A DNA stretch of 64,000 bases from a bacterium (lineage in GTDB: Bacteria > SM23-31), in NCBI GenBank assembly GCA_028278455.1, contig JANQEH010000058.1, positions 906 to 64,905 on the forward strand, given 5' to 3'. A program made the position numbers and the translations under genes. Every line of letters begins with the position of its first letter. Position 1 is the first letter of the stretch. Shown in pieces: positions 39,377-49,547 of the stretch. Under the pieces are notes generated by a model that had not been told where the DNA came from, made no database searches, and saw only the letters and a program-made list of their open reading frames with translations.

Positions 39377-40078
39377 CTATTTCAGCTTGAAGTTGATCGT
39401 CTGGACGATGCGGTAAGGTACCGGTTGTTCTCGCTGGGTAGCAGGTTTGTATCTCATCTGCTTCAAGGCAGTGACCGCCGCTTCATCACATACCTTGTGC
39501 AGTGACTTCAATATCGTGAATTCCGTCGGCACGCCTTCCTTTGTAATCAGCAGCTGGATAGCGACTGTTCCCTCGATCCCTGCCTGGATAGCCATTTCCG
39601 GGTACTTCAGGATTTCATAGATCTTCGCCAGTCCGCCGATCAGCTTCGGCTGGTTCTGTATCGGGAGAAACGGCGGAACTTCATCTTCGTCCGACTCTTC
39701 AACATTCGGAGGCGGGGGAAGCTCTTCGAATTCCATAAAATCTATATCGGTTTCATCGATTGTAATATCATCCAGCAGTTCCTCGTCTTCAGATTCTATC
39801 GGGACCGCGGGCGCTTCAGGAGGAGGCGGTGTTTTCACCTGCTCGGTTTCCGGTATATCCTGAATTTCGATCCTGGTTTCAACCTCAGAGAATACTGCCG
39901 GCTCAATTTCCTGCTTCTGAAAGGCAAACGTCGTTGAGATCATTATTAAAAGAGAGACGATGACCGCAGAATGAAAATGATTTGAATCGCGCCTGTTATC
40001 ATCGATGCTCGGATGTTTTGGCAGACGCTTAGAAACGCGGAATCGCTTCTCTAAAATATGTGGTTCTTCTTGCTGCAT
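39377..40078 (-). CDS. tonB: Energy transducer TonB (paralog A)
   Basis: TM helix, Pro-rich linker, YPEMA..AGIEGTV, C-terminal F. Confidence 0.88.
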   Translation of the reverse strand: MQQEEPHILEKRFRVSKRLPKHPSIDDNRRDSNHFHSAVIVSLLIMISTTFAFQKQEIEPAVFSEVETRIEIQDIPETEQVKTPPPPEAPAVPIESEDEELLDDITIDETDIDFMEFEELPPPPNVEESDEDEVPPFLPIQNQPKLIGGLAKIYEILKYPEMAIQAGIEGTVAIQLLITKEGVPTEFTILKSLHKVCDEAAVTALKQMRYKPATQREQPVPYRIVQTINFKLK

Positions 40079-40304
40079 ATCTATAACTATTCCTGTTACA
40101 ACTTATAATTATTATTCATGTAATTACATATTTTTTAATTTCAGTTCTGAATTTACATATTCAGTGTTAATTACGAATTAATTTTTAATTAAAAATCCGT
40201 TAAATTATATACTATAATAAAACAAATTTATTTAATACTTGGTTCGTTTTATTTAGATTTTGTTCTGAAGCAGAAGACCAATGTTTATTTCAGGTTTCAT
40301 TTCT

Positions 40305-40487
40305 GAGATTTCTAGGTTTGCCCCTTTCTGCGTTGCAGAATTGAGGCTGCGCTCGAAATGACAATAGAATGGAATTTTACTTTTGTCCAATTTTGAAAGA
40401 CATGTAGAATTTTACATCAGTTTTTAAAGGTAATTGTCATTTCGATTGGAGTTTCCCGTAACAGCGGGAACGTAATGGAGAAATCTC
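40305..40487. repeat. REP-like inverted pair (GTCATTTCG...GAGAAATCTC family)
   Basis: GAGATTTCT...CTCGAAATGACA facing TGTCATTTCGA...GGAGAAATCTC. Confidence 0.65.
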
Positions 40488-40563
40488 GACGCTTATAACC
40501 GGTGTTATCTATCAACAATATGAAAAGTCGTTAAGTTAAATAGTAAATGGACGACATAGACAA

Positions 40564-40592
40564 CCCCCTTAGTCCCCCTTTATTAAGGGGGA
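40564..40592. repeat. REP-like palindrome (CCCCCTT family)
   Basis: CCCCCTTAGTCCCCCTTTATTAAGGGGGA. Confidence 0.7.
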
Positions 40593-40665
40593 ATATTGTA
40601 TAGAATATCTTTACCGGATAACCATAGCGGCATTCAATACAATGGGGAAACCAACATTGCCGGAT

Positions 40666-40709
40666 AAAAAAACCCCTTTCAGGAAATCCAACCGGTATTC
40701 CTGAAAGGG
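40666..40709 (-). terminator. Intrinsic terminator of tonB paralog B
   Basis: CCCTTTCAGGAA...TTCCTGAAAGGG followed by a U-tract on the minus strand. Confidence 0.75.
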
Positions 40710-40736
40710 AATCTATATATCAAGACGTTATTCTGA

Positions 40737-41447
40737 TTATTTGTTGATCTTGAACCTTATCGGCTGCATGATCCTGTAGGGTACAGGTTTATCTCTTTGC
40801 TTCGCCGGGATGAACCTCATCGTTTTTAGCGCATCCATTGCGGCATTGTCACACAGCGTATGAAGGGATTTTACAACCTCGAATTCGGTCGGTATACCTT
40901 CCCTGCTGATCAGTATTCTGAACACCACAGTGCCTTCGATCCCTGCCTTAATTGCGATCTCCGGATAAACAAGTTTTTTGTAAAGCTCATCGAGCCCGCC
41001 GATTAGTTTCGGCTGGTTTTCTATCGGCAGGAACGGCGGGATCTCTTCGGCGTCAACTTCTTCGATATTCGGCGGGGGCGGAAGTTCCTCAAACGCCATG
41101 AAATCGATTTCTGTTTCATCGATCGTTATATCGTCAAGGAGTTCCTCGTCTTCTGATTCAATTGGGACAGCTGGTGCAGCCGGAGGAGGTGGAGCCTTTA
41201 TCTGCTCAGTCTCGGGAATATTCTCGACCTTCAAAACAACTTCAGTCGTTTCCGTGAATACCGCTTCACTTTCGAATTTCTGAAAACCGAAAGCAAAAAG
41301 AATAGCAATTACCAGTGTAACGCTAACTGCTGCCTGCAGAAAGAGCGGTTCTCTTTTTCTATCGTCAATTTTCGGATTCTTCGGCGCTCTTCTGCCGATC
41401 CTGAAATAATTTTCTAATATGTGTTTATCTTCATCTTTAAACATCAT
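40737..41447 (-). CDS. tonB: Energy transducer TonB (paralog B)
   Basis: Same architecture; shares PAVPIESEDEELLDDITIDET with paralog A. Confidence 0.88.
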   Translation of the reverse strand: MMFKDEDKHILENYFRIGRRAPKNPKIDDRKREPLFLQAAVSVTLVIAILFAFGFQKFESEAVFTETTEVVLKVENIPETEQIKAPPPPAAPAVPIESEDEELLDDITIDETEIDFMAFEELPPPPNIEEVDAEEIPPFLPIENQPKLIGGLDELYKKLVYPEIAIKAGIEGTVVFRILISREGIPTEFEVVKSLHTLCDNAAMDALKTMRFIPAKQRDKPVPYRIMQPIRFKINK

Positions 41448-41636
41448 ATACCTCCTGTATTTATAAGACTATCAAAAGCCTTAAAACGGTCAGTATAGTT
41501 AACAAATATTTCTTCATGATGTATCCCTACAATATACCAACCTCAATTTCTTTCTTACCTGACTATACGGAAACCTTTGCAAAAATGATGCAATATTTTG
41601 CACTTTTATTTTTACTTATTGTGCTTACACAAATAT

Positions 41637-41687
41637 GCAACATTATTACGGAAAATCAGTATATATGTTTATACGGAAAATCCGTAA
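41637..41687 (+). promoter_or_regulatory. Paired palindromic operators upstream of padR-2
   Basis: TACGGA-AAA-TCAGTA (41647) and TACGGA-AAA-TCCGTA (41672); half-site TATACGGAAA at 41564. Confidence 0.65.
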
Positions 41688-41707
41688 TAATAAAAAATGA
41701 GGCATGT

Positions 41708-42037
41708 ATGAAAGTATTGACAATTCATGAGCAGATACTTTTACTGGCGATCTGGAGGCTGAAAGACAATGCTTACGGTGTCAGAATAAGACAATCGGTT
41801 GCTGAAGAAACGGATATGGTCTACACCTACGGAACTCTTTACAGTTCACTGGAACAGCTGGTTAAAAAGGGTTATGTATCAAAGACCATTGGTGAAGCTA
41901 CTGCTGAAAGGGGCGGCAGGAGAAAGATCTATTATAATGTATCGAAAGAGGGAATGACAGCTTTGAAAGAAGCAAAAGAGCTGCAGAACACTCTCTGGAA
42001 CGGAATACCCGATATGATATTCAGTGAGGAAAAGTAG
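41708..42037 (+). CDS. PadR-family transcriptional regulator 2
   Basis: EQILLLAI, NAYG, GTLYSSLEQL, RGGRRKIYY; start moved to MKVLT after GAGG. Confidence 0.9.
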   Translation: MKVLTIHEQILLLAIWRLKDNAYGVRIRQSVAEETDMVYTYGTLYSSLEQLVKKGYVSKTIGEATAERGGRRKIYYNVSKEGMTALKEAKELQNTLWNGIPDMIFSEEK

Positions 42038-42040
42038 GAA

Positions 42041-44656
42041 TTGGAAGGCAAGCTGAAAAAACCACCGAAAATACCTACCTGGATCCTCGGTTTATTCTCA
42101 AATCCTGAAGTTGATTTTTCGATAGCCGGTGATTTCGAGGAAGAATATTACGAGATGGCTGACAGGAAGGGTGTTAATAAAGCCAGGCTTTGGTACTGGC
42201 TTCACGTTGCAAATTCGGTCCCGACATTTATCAGGGATACCATCAACAGGAGCACGGCAATGTTTGGAAACTACATAAAAATCGCAATAAGAAACCTGAT
42301 GAAACAAAAAATCTATTCTGCAATCAATATTTTCGGTTTGTCTATCGGTCTGGCATGCAGTATTTTGATCTACCTTTTTGTCAGGGATGAGATGAAATTC
42401 GAGAGGTTTCATCAGGATGTCGACAAAATTTTTGAAGTCTATTCCGTAATCGATGCAGGCGCTTACAGGATCAATTTCCCTCCTCAGCTTCCAGTCGCAG
42501 ATGTTCTCCAGAGAGATTTTCCCGAGATCATCTCTGCTACCAGAGTGGTTAAAATTATAACTCCGGTCAGAAAAGATGACAGAATCTTTTCAGAAAAAGT
42601 AATTGCCTCTTCCCAGGAATTTTTCGATATATTTACATTTCCCATGGCGCAGCAGCTTAATGACCGGCCTCTTGAGGATATAAACTCAGTAATAATAACA
42701 GGGAGGATTGCAGAAAAGTATTTTGCTGAAGAGAATCCACTGGGAAAAACAATTACAATCAGTACAGAAAACAGAATGAATGAATTTATAATATCGGGTA
42801 TACTTGAGGAACTCCCAACAAATTCCGGGCTCAAATTCGACCTGATAATAAATATAGAACGTTTATACGGAGATAAACTTAATGAATGGAAAGAGAACTC
42901 AGCTGGAGCAGTTATTAAGGTGAACGATCCGGAAGGTTACAGGCAGCTTGAAGAAAGGATATCTAACAATCTAAATGAGAAGTATAGCGATGCTCAATCG
43001 ACATATCATCTCCAACCGTTCGCAGATTTTCACCTCAAGGGCGGATATTCTTATTTACTCGAATCAGCGAGCAGCAGCCGGTATTCATATATATTAACAG
43101 GCATAGCCCTGATAGTCCTGTTAATAGCCTGCTTTAACTTCATGAATCTTGCAATAGGCAGATCATCTATCAGGATCAAGGAAATCGGAATGAGAAAGGT
43201 TTTCGGAGCAAGGAGAAAGCAATTGTATAAACAATTCTGGTTTGAATCATACCTGATCAGTTTTATAGCCTTGATCGCGGGCGTTGTATTAACATTGTTT
43301 TTTCTTCCCGCGTTCAGCCATTTTACCCAGAAAATCTTTTCAGCTTCAGATCTTTTCAGCCCGTTTTCAGTTGTAGTAATACTCGCTATAACGGTGTTTT
43401 CAGGATTTATCGCCGGGAGTTATCCGGCAGTTGTCCTTTCAGGTTTCAGACCGGTAGATCTCTTCAAAAATGAATTAAAATTTTCAAATAGAAATCTTTT
43501 TACAAGGTCTCTGATATTTCTTCAGTTTTTCATAACAGTTATTTTAATATTATCCACAGTATTCATGTTCCTCCAATACAGGTATCTCGTGGGAAAGGAT
43601 CTTGGATTCAATACAGATAATATGATAGTTATTTCATTGGAAGAGATCCCGGAAAATCTCAGGCAGAGCAGTGGATTTTATGAAGATCTCAGTGGAAGGA
43701 TAAATCAGGTAAGCAATGTAACGGGAACAGGATTTTCCGGAAGCAAACTTACTTCTTCCGTGTTCGGGGCTACCTTTCCAAAACTTAGAACAACCTCCAA
43801 TCAGGTATTGATAAGTTATACAAATGTCGACGAGAATTTTTTCGAGACGCTTGGGATTAAATTGCTTTCGGGCAGAAATTTTTCGCCGGGCGAACAGAAT
43901 GAAGCCGGTAGAAACGTTATTGTCAACAGTTCTTTTATCGAGAAGCTGGACCTGAACAACTCAATAGGCACTGAGTTTTCAGAAGTCTTCGTCAATGATC
44001 AGGGATCAGATAATACATTCACATCGAAAAGTATTATCGGTGTAACGGAAGACTTCAATTATCATTCGCTGCATTATGAGGTATATCCCCTGTATCTCGA
44101 GTATGCCCCTGAAAAGGGGTATGGGTATATTTATGTCCGGTTAAACGGTGAGAATACTGCTGAAGCCGTTTCAGATATCAAGGATCGATTTATGCAGATC
44201 GTTCCTGATACTCCTTTCATTTATACTTTCTTTGATGAGGAGATACAGAGTCAATATGCGCTGGAACAAAGATGGAGCAGTATTATAAATTATTCATCGT
44301 TTTTCGCTGTGATCATTGCTTCATCCGGACTGTTCGGTGTCTCGTTGATGTCCGTAGTCAGGAAGACGCGAGAGATAAGTATCAGGAAAGTTCTGGGATC
44401 ATCTGTTACGGGAATCATTAAATTGATTTCGAAAGATTTTATCGGTCTGGTCATACTTGCAAATATTGCAGCCTGGCCGGTATCATTTTTTATTGCAAGA
44501 ACACTCCTGCAGAATTATGCTTTTACAATCACTATCGATTTCTGGATATTTGTTCTTACCGGAATGGCTGCTACAATTATTGCGGGATCTACAATATGTT
44601 TTCACGCTGTACGGGCAGCTTCGATGAATCCTGTGAATACACTTCGCTCAGAATAA
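42041..44656 (+). CDS. MacB/FtsX-type duplicated ABC permease with N-terminal prefix domain (2)
   Basis: KPP...IAGDFEEEY...WYW prefix; NYIKIAIRN; KEIGMRKVFGA; NPVNTLRSE. Confidence 0.9.
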   Translation: MEGKLKKPPKIPTWILGLFSNPEVDFSIAGDFEEEYYEMADRKGVNKARLWYWLHVANSVPTFIRDTINRSTAMFGNYIKIAIRNLMKQKIYSAINIFGLSIGLACSILIYLFVRDEMKFERFHQDVDKIFEVYSVIDAGAYRINFPPQLPVADVLQRDFPEIISATRVVKIITPVRKDDRIFSEKVIASSQEFFDIFTFPMAQQLNDRPLEDINSVIITGRIAEKYFAEENPLGKTITISTENRMNEFIISGILEELPTNSGLKFDLIINIERLYGDKLNEWKENSAGAVIKVNDPEGYRQLEERISNNLNEKYSDAQSTYHLQPFADFHLKGGYSYLLESASSSRYSYILTGIALIVLLIACFNFMNLAIGRSSIRIKEIGMRKVFGARRKQLYKQFWFESYLISFIALIAGVVLTLFFLPAFSHFTQKIFSASDLFSPFSVVVILAITVFSGFIAGSYPAVVLSGFRPVDLFKNELKFSNRNLFTRSLIFLQFFITVILILSTVFMFLQYRYLVGKDLGFNTDNMIVISLEEIPENLRQSSGFYEDLSGRINQVSNVTGTGFSGSKLTSSVFGATFPKLRTTSNQVLISYTNVDENFFETLGIKLLSGRNFSPGEQNEAGRNVIVNSSFIEKLDLNNSIGTEFSEVFVNDQGSDNTFTSKSIIGVTEDFNYHSLHYEVYPLYLEYAPEKGYGYIYVRLNGENTAEAVSDIKDRFMQIVPDTPFIYTFFDEEIQSQYALEQRWSSIINYSSFFAVIIASSGLFGVSLMSVVRKTREISIRKVLGSSVTGIIKLISKDFIGLVILANIAAWPVSFFIARTLLQNYAFTITIDFWIFVLTGMAATIIAGSTICFHAVRAASMNPVNTLRSE

Positions 44657-44675
44657 TAAAATAATAGAGGTTAAA

Positions 44676-45890
44676 ATGAAAAAATGGATAGTCTTATCGA
44701 TTTTAACGGGCATTCTCTGCTCAAAGGCCATCGCCCAGGAGAAGATTATAGAACGCTATAATACATCAGGTTACGGATTGCTCGAAGTAATATCAAAATC
44801 GAATATCTCTTTACAGATTGAGGGATGGCAGAAGGATGAAATAGTTATAAGTACGGAATCTTTGAGTAATACAGTTACAAGCAAAGATATCAAGATTGAA
44901 AAAACTGACAGGGGATTGAGGATGACTGTTGATCATGCTTATTCCGGCGGTGGATCATCAGAAAAGAGAAGAGGAAGACTTTTCATAAGCTTACCGGTTA
45001 ATTTTGATCTGAATATTCAAGCCGGCAGCAGTTTGGATATCGAAGGTGTGAATGGATCGATTACCGGATTGACAGAAACAGGAGATCTCAGTTTAACCGG
45101 GATTAACGGCACTGTTGATCTCAACACCGGAAAAGGTGATATTATAATATCGGATTCAGAAGTTGCGGGAAACGCCATAACGAAAAGAGGAAATCTAGAG
45201 ATCAGAAACGTGAGAGGTAAACTTTTTGCATTTTCCCATGACAGTAATGTGGAGTTATTTAAGGACAGTGATGAGTGCTGGAAATTCACAAGTAAGAATA
45301 AAACGGCCTACAATTGGACTGAAGGTCGAAATGTTACAAAGCTTAAGAGACGTTCGGAAAAGACTATTAGACAAAGAATGACAGATAGTTATATTGAAAA
45401 ATCTGATGGTATTGCTAAGGTAATCACCACCGGGGAGACAATAGGATCGGTAAAGATATTAACAGGTAATATCATTGTTGATAATCTTTCGACATGGATT
45501 GAGGCAGTAACACTGGATGGTGAGATTGTAGTTGGATTGTCAGATGATCTGGAAATTGAATTTGCGGGTGATAAAATGGGTAGAAGGATAGGTCTTGAAT
45601 CACTAAATGGAGATATTCATTTAACTTTCCCGGAAGATATTTCTATGGAAGTCGATTTAGCTGTAGAGTATACCAGGGATTCAGGGGTGATCCCTGAGAT
45701 CGAGAGCGATTTTGATCTCGATATCGAAAAATCTGAAAAATGGGAAGTCTCCTGGCGCCACAGGGGAAGAAAACCGGGAGAGCAAAGGGTCAGGAGCAGA
45801 TACGTAACAGGTAAGGGAAGTATAAATGGCGGGAAATTCAGAATATACCTCAGGACAGTCAACGGAAACATTTATCTGAAAAAGAAGTAA
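44676..45890 (+). CDS. DUF4097 (adhesin-like beta-repeat) secreted protein
   Basis: Signal peptide; repeated T..GDI/L strands; ends LRTVNGNIYLKK. Confidence 0.8.
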   Translation: MKKWIVLSILTGILCSKAIAQEKIIERYNTSGYGLLEVISKSNISLQIEGWQKDEIVISTESLSNTVTSKDIKIEKTDRGLRMTVDHAYSGGGSSEKRRGRLFISLPVNFDLNIQAGSSLDIEGVNGSITGLTETGDLSLTGINGTVDLNTGKGDIIISDSEVAGNAITKRGNLEIRNVRGKLFAFSHDSNVELFKDSDECWKFTSKNKTAYNWTEGRNVTKLKRRSEKTIRQRMTDSYIEKSDGIAKVITTGETIGSVKILTGNIIVDNLSTWIEAVTLDGEIVVGLSDDLEIEFAGDKMGRRIGLESLNGDIHLTFPEDISMEVDLAVEYTRDSGVIPEIESDFDLDIEKSEKWEVSWRHRGRKPGEQRVRSRYVTGKGSINGGKFRIYLRTVNGNIYLKKK

Positions 45891-45933
45891 ACAATATTAC
45901 CTGTTTTCAATTTTATTTCTTATCTTTATTCTT

Positions 45934-46503
45934 ATGGATATAGTGGACAAAAACATTCTCATGATAAACGGTTCCACCCGTGAAGGCGGGAACACCGACA
46001 GAATTCTTACAGGAATGATAAAAGGCATAAAAGACCGCGAGGTAATGCAGGCAGTCTTGAGAGATATGGAGATCGGAAACTGTATTGGCTGTGCAAAATG
46101 CCGGGACGAGTCTGCCTGTTCACAGAATGATGATATGACGGGCTTAAGGAGATCTATCGAAAAATCAGATATCCTTATTTTCGCCTCGCCGGTATACTGG
46201 TGCGAAATTACAGGCCTGATGAAGACATTCATAGATAGGCTATATTTCTATCATCATACGAATAATGCCCACCTGGTTTCAGGTAAGAAGGGATTAGTGG
46301 TATCACCTTTGGGAGAGACTAATGTATTCTATGAAACAGAAATCCTGGTATCATTCTACAACAGACTTTTCTACTCGCTTGGGATCGAATTGATCGATAT
46401 GCAGTTCTATCCCGGATTGATGGAAAAGGACGACCTGAAAAAGTACCCGGAAATGTTCGCAAAGGCGAAAAACTCCGGAGAATCACTCCTTAATATTCAC
46501 TAA
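45934..46503 (+). CDS. Flavodoxin-family / iron-sulfur flavoprotein
   Basis: NGSTR.GGNT, CIGCAKC...C, ASPVYW, MKTFIDR. Confidence 0.88.
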   Translation: MDIVDKNILMINGSTREGGNTDRILTGMIKGIKDREVMQAVLRDMEIGNCIGCAKCRDESACSQNDDMTGLRRSIEKSDILIFASPVYWCEITGLMKTFIDRLYFYHHTNNAHLVSGKKGLVVSPLGETNVFYETEILVSFYNRLFYSLGIELIDMQFYPGLMEKDDLKKYPEMFAKAKNSGESLLNIH

Positions 46504-46547
46504 AGTGTTCTGCCTGCAAATCGGTATTTGTCGTTTTTTTCTTATTT

Positions 46548-46608
46548 CTTTAAACTTTATAAAGAAATTTACGTCTAATATTAATAAGTTTCTTTATAAT
46601 TTATAAAG
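46548..46608 (+). promoter_or_regulatory. Paired 17-bp operators with ECF-like promoter upstream of padR-3
   Basis: CTTTAAACTTTATAAAG (46548) and CTTTATAATTTATAAAG (46592); TAAAC-N16-CGTCTAA. Confidence 0.65.
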
Positions 46609-46630
46609 TTATTTGTCAAAAGAGTTAGAG

Positions 46631-46960
46631 ATGAAATTTTTTACAAAACAGGAAGAGCTATTGCTCCTGGCAATTTTCAGCATCAGGGAAGGGGCTTACC
46701 TTGTGAATATCAGGGAAATGCTGATAAATAATACCAACAAGGACTGGGCCTTCGGTTCACTATATCTGGCATTGGACAGGCTCAAAAAAGAAGGATTCAT
46801 TGAAACGTATCTGGGTGATCCTATGCCTACGCGAGGAGGAAAGGCGATCAAATATTATAAGCTGACAGAAAAAGCAGTAAAAGAACTGGCGGAGAATAAG
46901 GCCATCCAGGATAAGATGTGGAGTGATTTTTCAGAGACTATATTAAAGACTAATGGATAA
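46631..46960 (+). CDS. PadR-family transcriptional regulator 3
   Basis: EELLLLAI, GSLYLALDRL, RGGKAIKYY. Confidence 0.9.
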   Translation: MKFFTKQEELLLLAIFSIREGAYLVNIREMLINNTNKDWAFGSLYLALDRLKKEGFIETYLGDPMPTRGGKAIKYYKLTEKAVKELAENKAIQDKMWSDFSETILKTNG

Positions 46961-49547
46961 AGAAAGAAAATCGAAAGAGATACCGGTAATAGTGAGATGG
47001 CTTTTCGGCAGGATCGTGAATTCTGCTGACAGGGGCTATTTTATCGAAGATCTTAAAGAGGCTTATTCTGAAATTACAAGGGATAAAGGTGCTATAGCGG
47101 CATATTTTTGGATCTTTTCCCATCTGACAAGGTCTTTTCTACCATTCTTAAGGACAATCTATACCAGGGGTTTTGCTATGTTCAAAAACTACTTTAAAAT
47201 TGCATTCAGAAACCTGACTCGTCACAAAGGATATTCTTTCATTAATATATCGGGACTTGCCATAGGTATGGCATGCTGTATTATGATTCTGTTATGGGTT
47301 CAGGATGAATTGAATTATGACATGTTCCACGAAAATCTGGAAGATATATTCATTGCCTGGACTGTTAATGATATGGGTGATACTAAATGGCGAACGGCCG
47401 GTACACCACCTGCAGTAGGACCTGCCCTGAAAGAGGATTATCCGGAAGTCATAAATTCGGCAAGACTTAACAATGGCAGCTTGAATGTCGTTCTTTCATA
47501 TGGTGATAATAAGTATGATGAAGAATTACAGGCAGCTGATAATGCATTGTTCTCATTGTTTACCATCCCCTTTGTGATGGGAGATACCAAAAATGCTCTG
47601 ACTGATCCTCATTCGATAGTTATGACCGAATCAATGGCCGAAAAATATTTTGGCAGCGAAAATCCGATAGGTAAGTTAATATCAATAAATCATCAATATT
47701 CATTTACCGTAACCGGAGTATTGGAAAACTATCCGCACAATACAAGGTTCAGACATGATTTCTACGTTCCGCTTATCTTTCTGGAGGAATTTCACAGTAG
47801 AAAAAACTATACAAGAACATGGTATAATCTTTCATTCCGTACATATATTCAGCTCAATAAAGGAACACAAGTCGAGAATTTTGGCGAAAGGATCATTGAC
47901 AGGATAAACAGAGAGCAGAACGGAGATGATTGTGAATTGCATATCAGGCCTTATTCAAAGCTGTATCTTCACTGGTTAGGCCAGGGTAACGGCAGGATCG
48001 ACCAGGTGCGTATGTTCTCGATGATAGCTGTTTTCGTATTGCTGATAGCGTGCATCAATTTTATGAATCTTACTACAGCCAGGTCTGGCAACAGGTCTAA
48101 AGAGATCGGAATGCGGAAGGTTGCAGGGGCTTATAAACGGGATATTATCAAACAGTTCTTCGGAGAATCGATTATAGTATCATTTATTTCACTCCTGCTG
48201 GCATTGTTGATTGTATTGCTGTTACTACCGAGTTTCAGTGACCTTACAGGCAAACCGCTTTCTCTGAACCTGACAGGTAATCCGTTGCTGATCCTCATCT
48301 TCATCGGAATTGCCCTATTAACCGGATTGACAGCAGGTTCATATCCCGCGCTGTTCATGTCCTCTTTCAAACCTGTAAGCACGATAAAAGGTGCACTTGT
48401 TTCCGGGAGAAGAGGAACGGTCTTCAGGAAAGCACTTGTAATCCTTCAATTCGCTCTATCGATCACCCTGATAATCCGGACGTTCGTTGTCTATGATCAG
48501 ATGAATTTCATCAGGGACAAAAATCTGGGATTCGACAAAGAGCATTTATTATATATCCGTGTAAATGGAGCATTAAAAGAACAATCGGATACTTTCAAAG
48601 AGGAGTTGTATAAAAATCCGAATATTCTTAAAGCATCAGTTACTTCACATTCCCCGGCGGGAGTATACTGGAATGGCGGCGGTTGGAACTGGGAAGGCAA
48701 GGATCCCAATATAGAACCGCTGGTAACGTATTTCAGTACGGATTACGACTTTGCCGAAACTTTCAAAGTCGAAATGGTAAAGGGTGAGTTTTACACAAAA
48801 GAAAAAGTGTCAGAATCATCGTATAGTACAGGAAAAATGGTCATCAATGAAACATTTGCAAAAATGATCGGAAAAGAGGATATCATCGGATCTACTATCT
48901 CACAGGGAACGCGCATAGTCACGATCATCGGAGTTATGAAGGATTTCAATTTCAAACCGCTGTACAATGAGATAGGACCGATAAACATATATCTAAATAT
49001 ACCAAGACGCAACAGGTTCGTTTTTCTAAGGCTTAAAGGTGATAATATTTCGGAAACTGTAAGCTATATAGAAGATGTCTACAAACAGTTCAACCCTGAA
49101 TTTCCTTTCACTTACAGGTTTCTCGATGATGATTATGATATGATGTACCGGACTGAAGAAAGATCGGGAAAGATTATTAATTCATTTGCGGGTTTTACGA
49201 TTTTCATTTCATGTCTCGGTTTATTCGGACTGGCATCATTTATGGCTGAGCAGAAAACAAAAGAGATAGGGATCCGCAAGGTCCTTGGAGCTTCGGTACC
49301 CACGATAATCAGACTTCTTTCAAAAGAGTTCATTATTCTGGTTTCTGCAGCAAACATCATAGCATGGCCTGCGGCGTATTTCTATTCACAGAAGTGGCTG
49401 GAGGATTTCTCGTACAGGATATCGCTGGGATGGTACGTGTTTATTATTTCCGGATTGACAGCCCTGATAATAGCAGTTTTGACCGTCAGCTTTCAGTCTG
49501 CAAAAGCCGCCCGTGCCAATCCTTCGAGTTCGCTGAAGTATGAGTAG
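46953..49547 (+). CDS. MacB/FtsX-type duplicated ABC permease with N-terminal prefix domain (3)
   Basis: EDLKEAY prefix; MFKNYFKIAFRN; KEIGIRKVLGAS; NPSSSLKYE; overlaps padR stop. Confidence 0.9.
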   Translation: MDKERKSKEIPVIVRWLFGRIVNSADRGYFIEDLKEAYSEITRDKGAIAAYFWIFSHLTRSFLPFLRTIYTRGFAMFKNYFKIAFRNLTRHKGYSFINISGLAIGMACCIMILLWVQDELNYDMFHENLEDIFIAWTVNDMGDTKWRTAGTPPAVGPALKEDYPEVINSARLNNGSLNVVLSYGDNKYDEELQAADNALFSLFTIPFVMGDTKNALTDPHSIVMTESMAEKYFGSENPIGKLISINHQYSFTVTGVLENYPHNTRFRHDFYVPLIFLEEFHSRKNYTRTWYNLSFRTYIQLNKGTQVENFGERIIDRINREQNGDDCELHIRPYSKLYLHWLGQGNGRIDQVRMFSMIAVFVLLIACINFMNLTTARSGNRSKEIGMRKVAGAYKRDIIKQFFGESIIVSFISLLLALLIVLLLLPSFSDLTGKPLSLNLTGNPLLILIFIGIALLTGLTAGSYPALFMSSFKPVSTIKGALVSGRRGTVFRKALVILQFALSITLIIRTFVVYDQMNFIRDKNLGFDKEHLLYIRVNGALKEQSDTFKEELYKNPNILKASVTSHSPAGVYWNGGGWNWEGKDPNIEPLVTYFSTDYDFAETFKVEMVKGEFYTKEKVSESSYSTGKMVINETFAKMIGKEDIIGSTISQGTRIVTIIGVMKDFNFKPLYNEIGPINIYLNIPRRNRFVFLRLKGDNISETVSYIEDVYKQFNPEFPFTYRFLDDDYDMMYRTEERSGKIINSFAGFTIFISCLGLFGLASFMAEQKTKEIGIRKVLGASVPTIIRLLSKEFIILVSAANIIAWPAAYFYSQKWLEDFSYRISLGWYVFIISGLTALIIAVLTVSFQSAKAARANPSSSLKYE

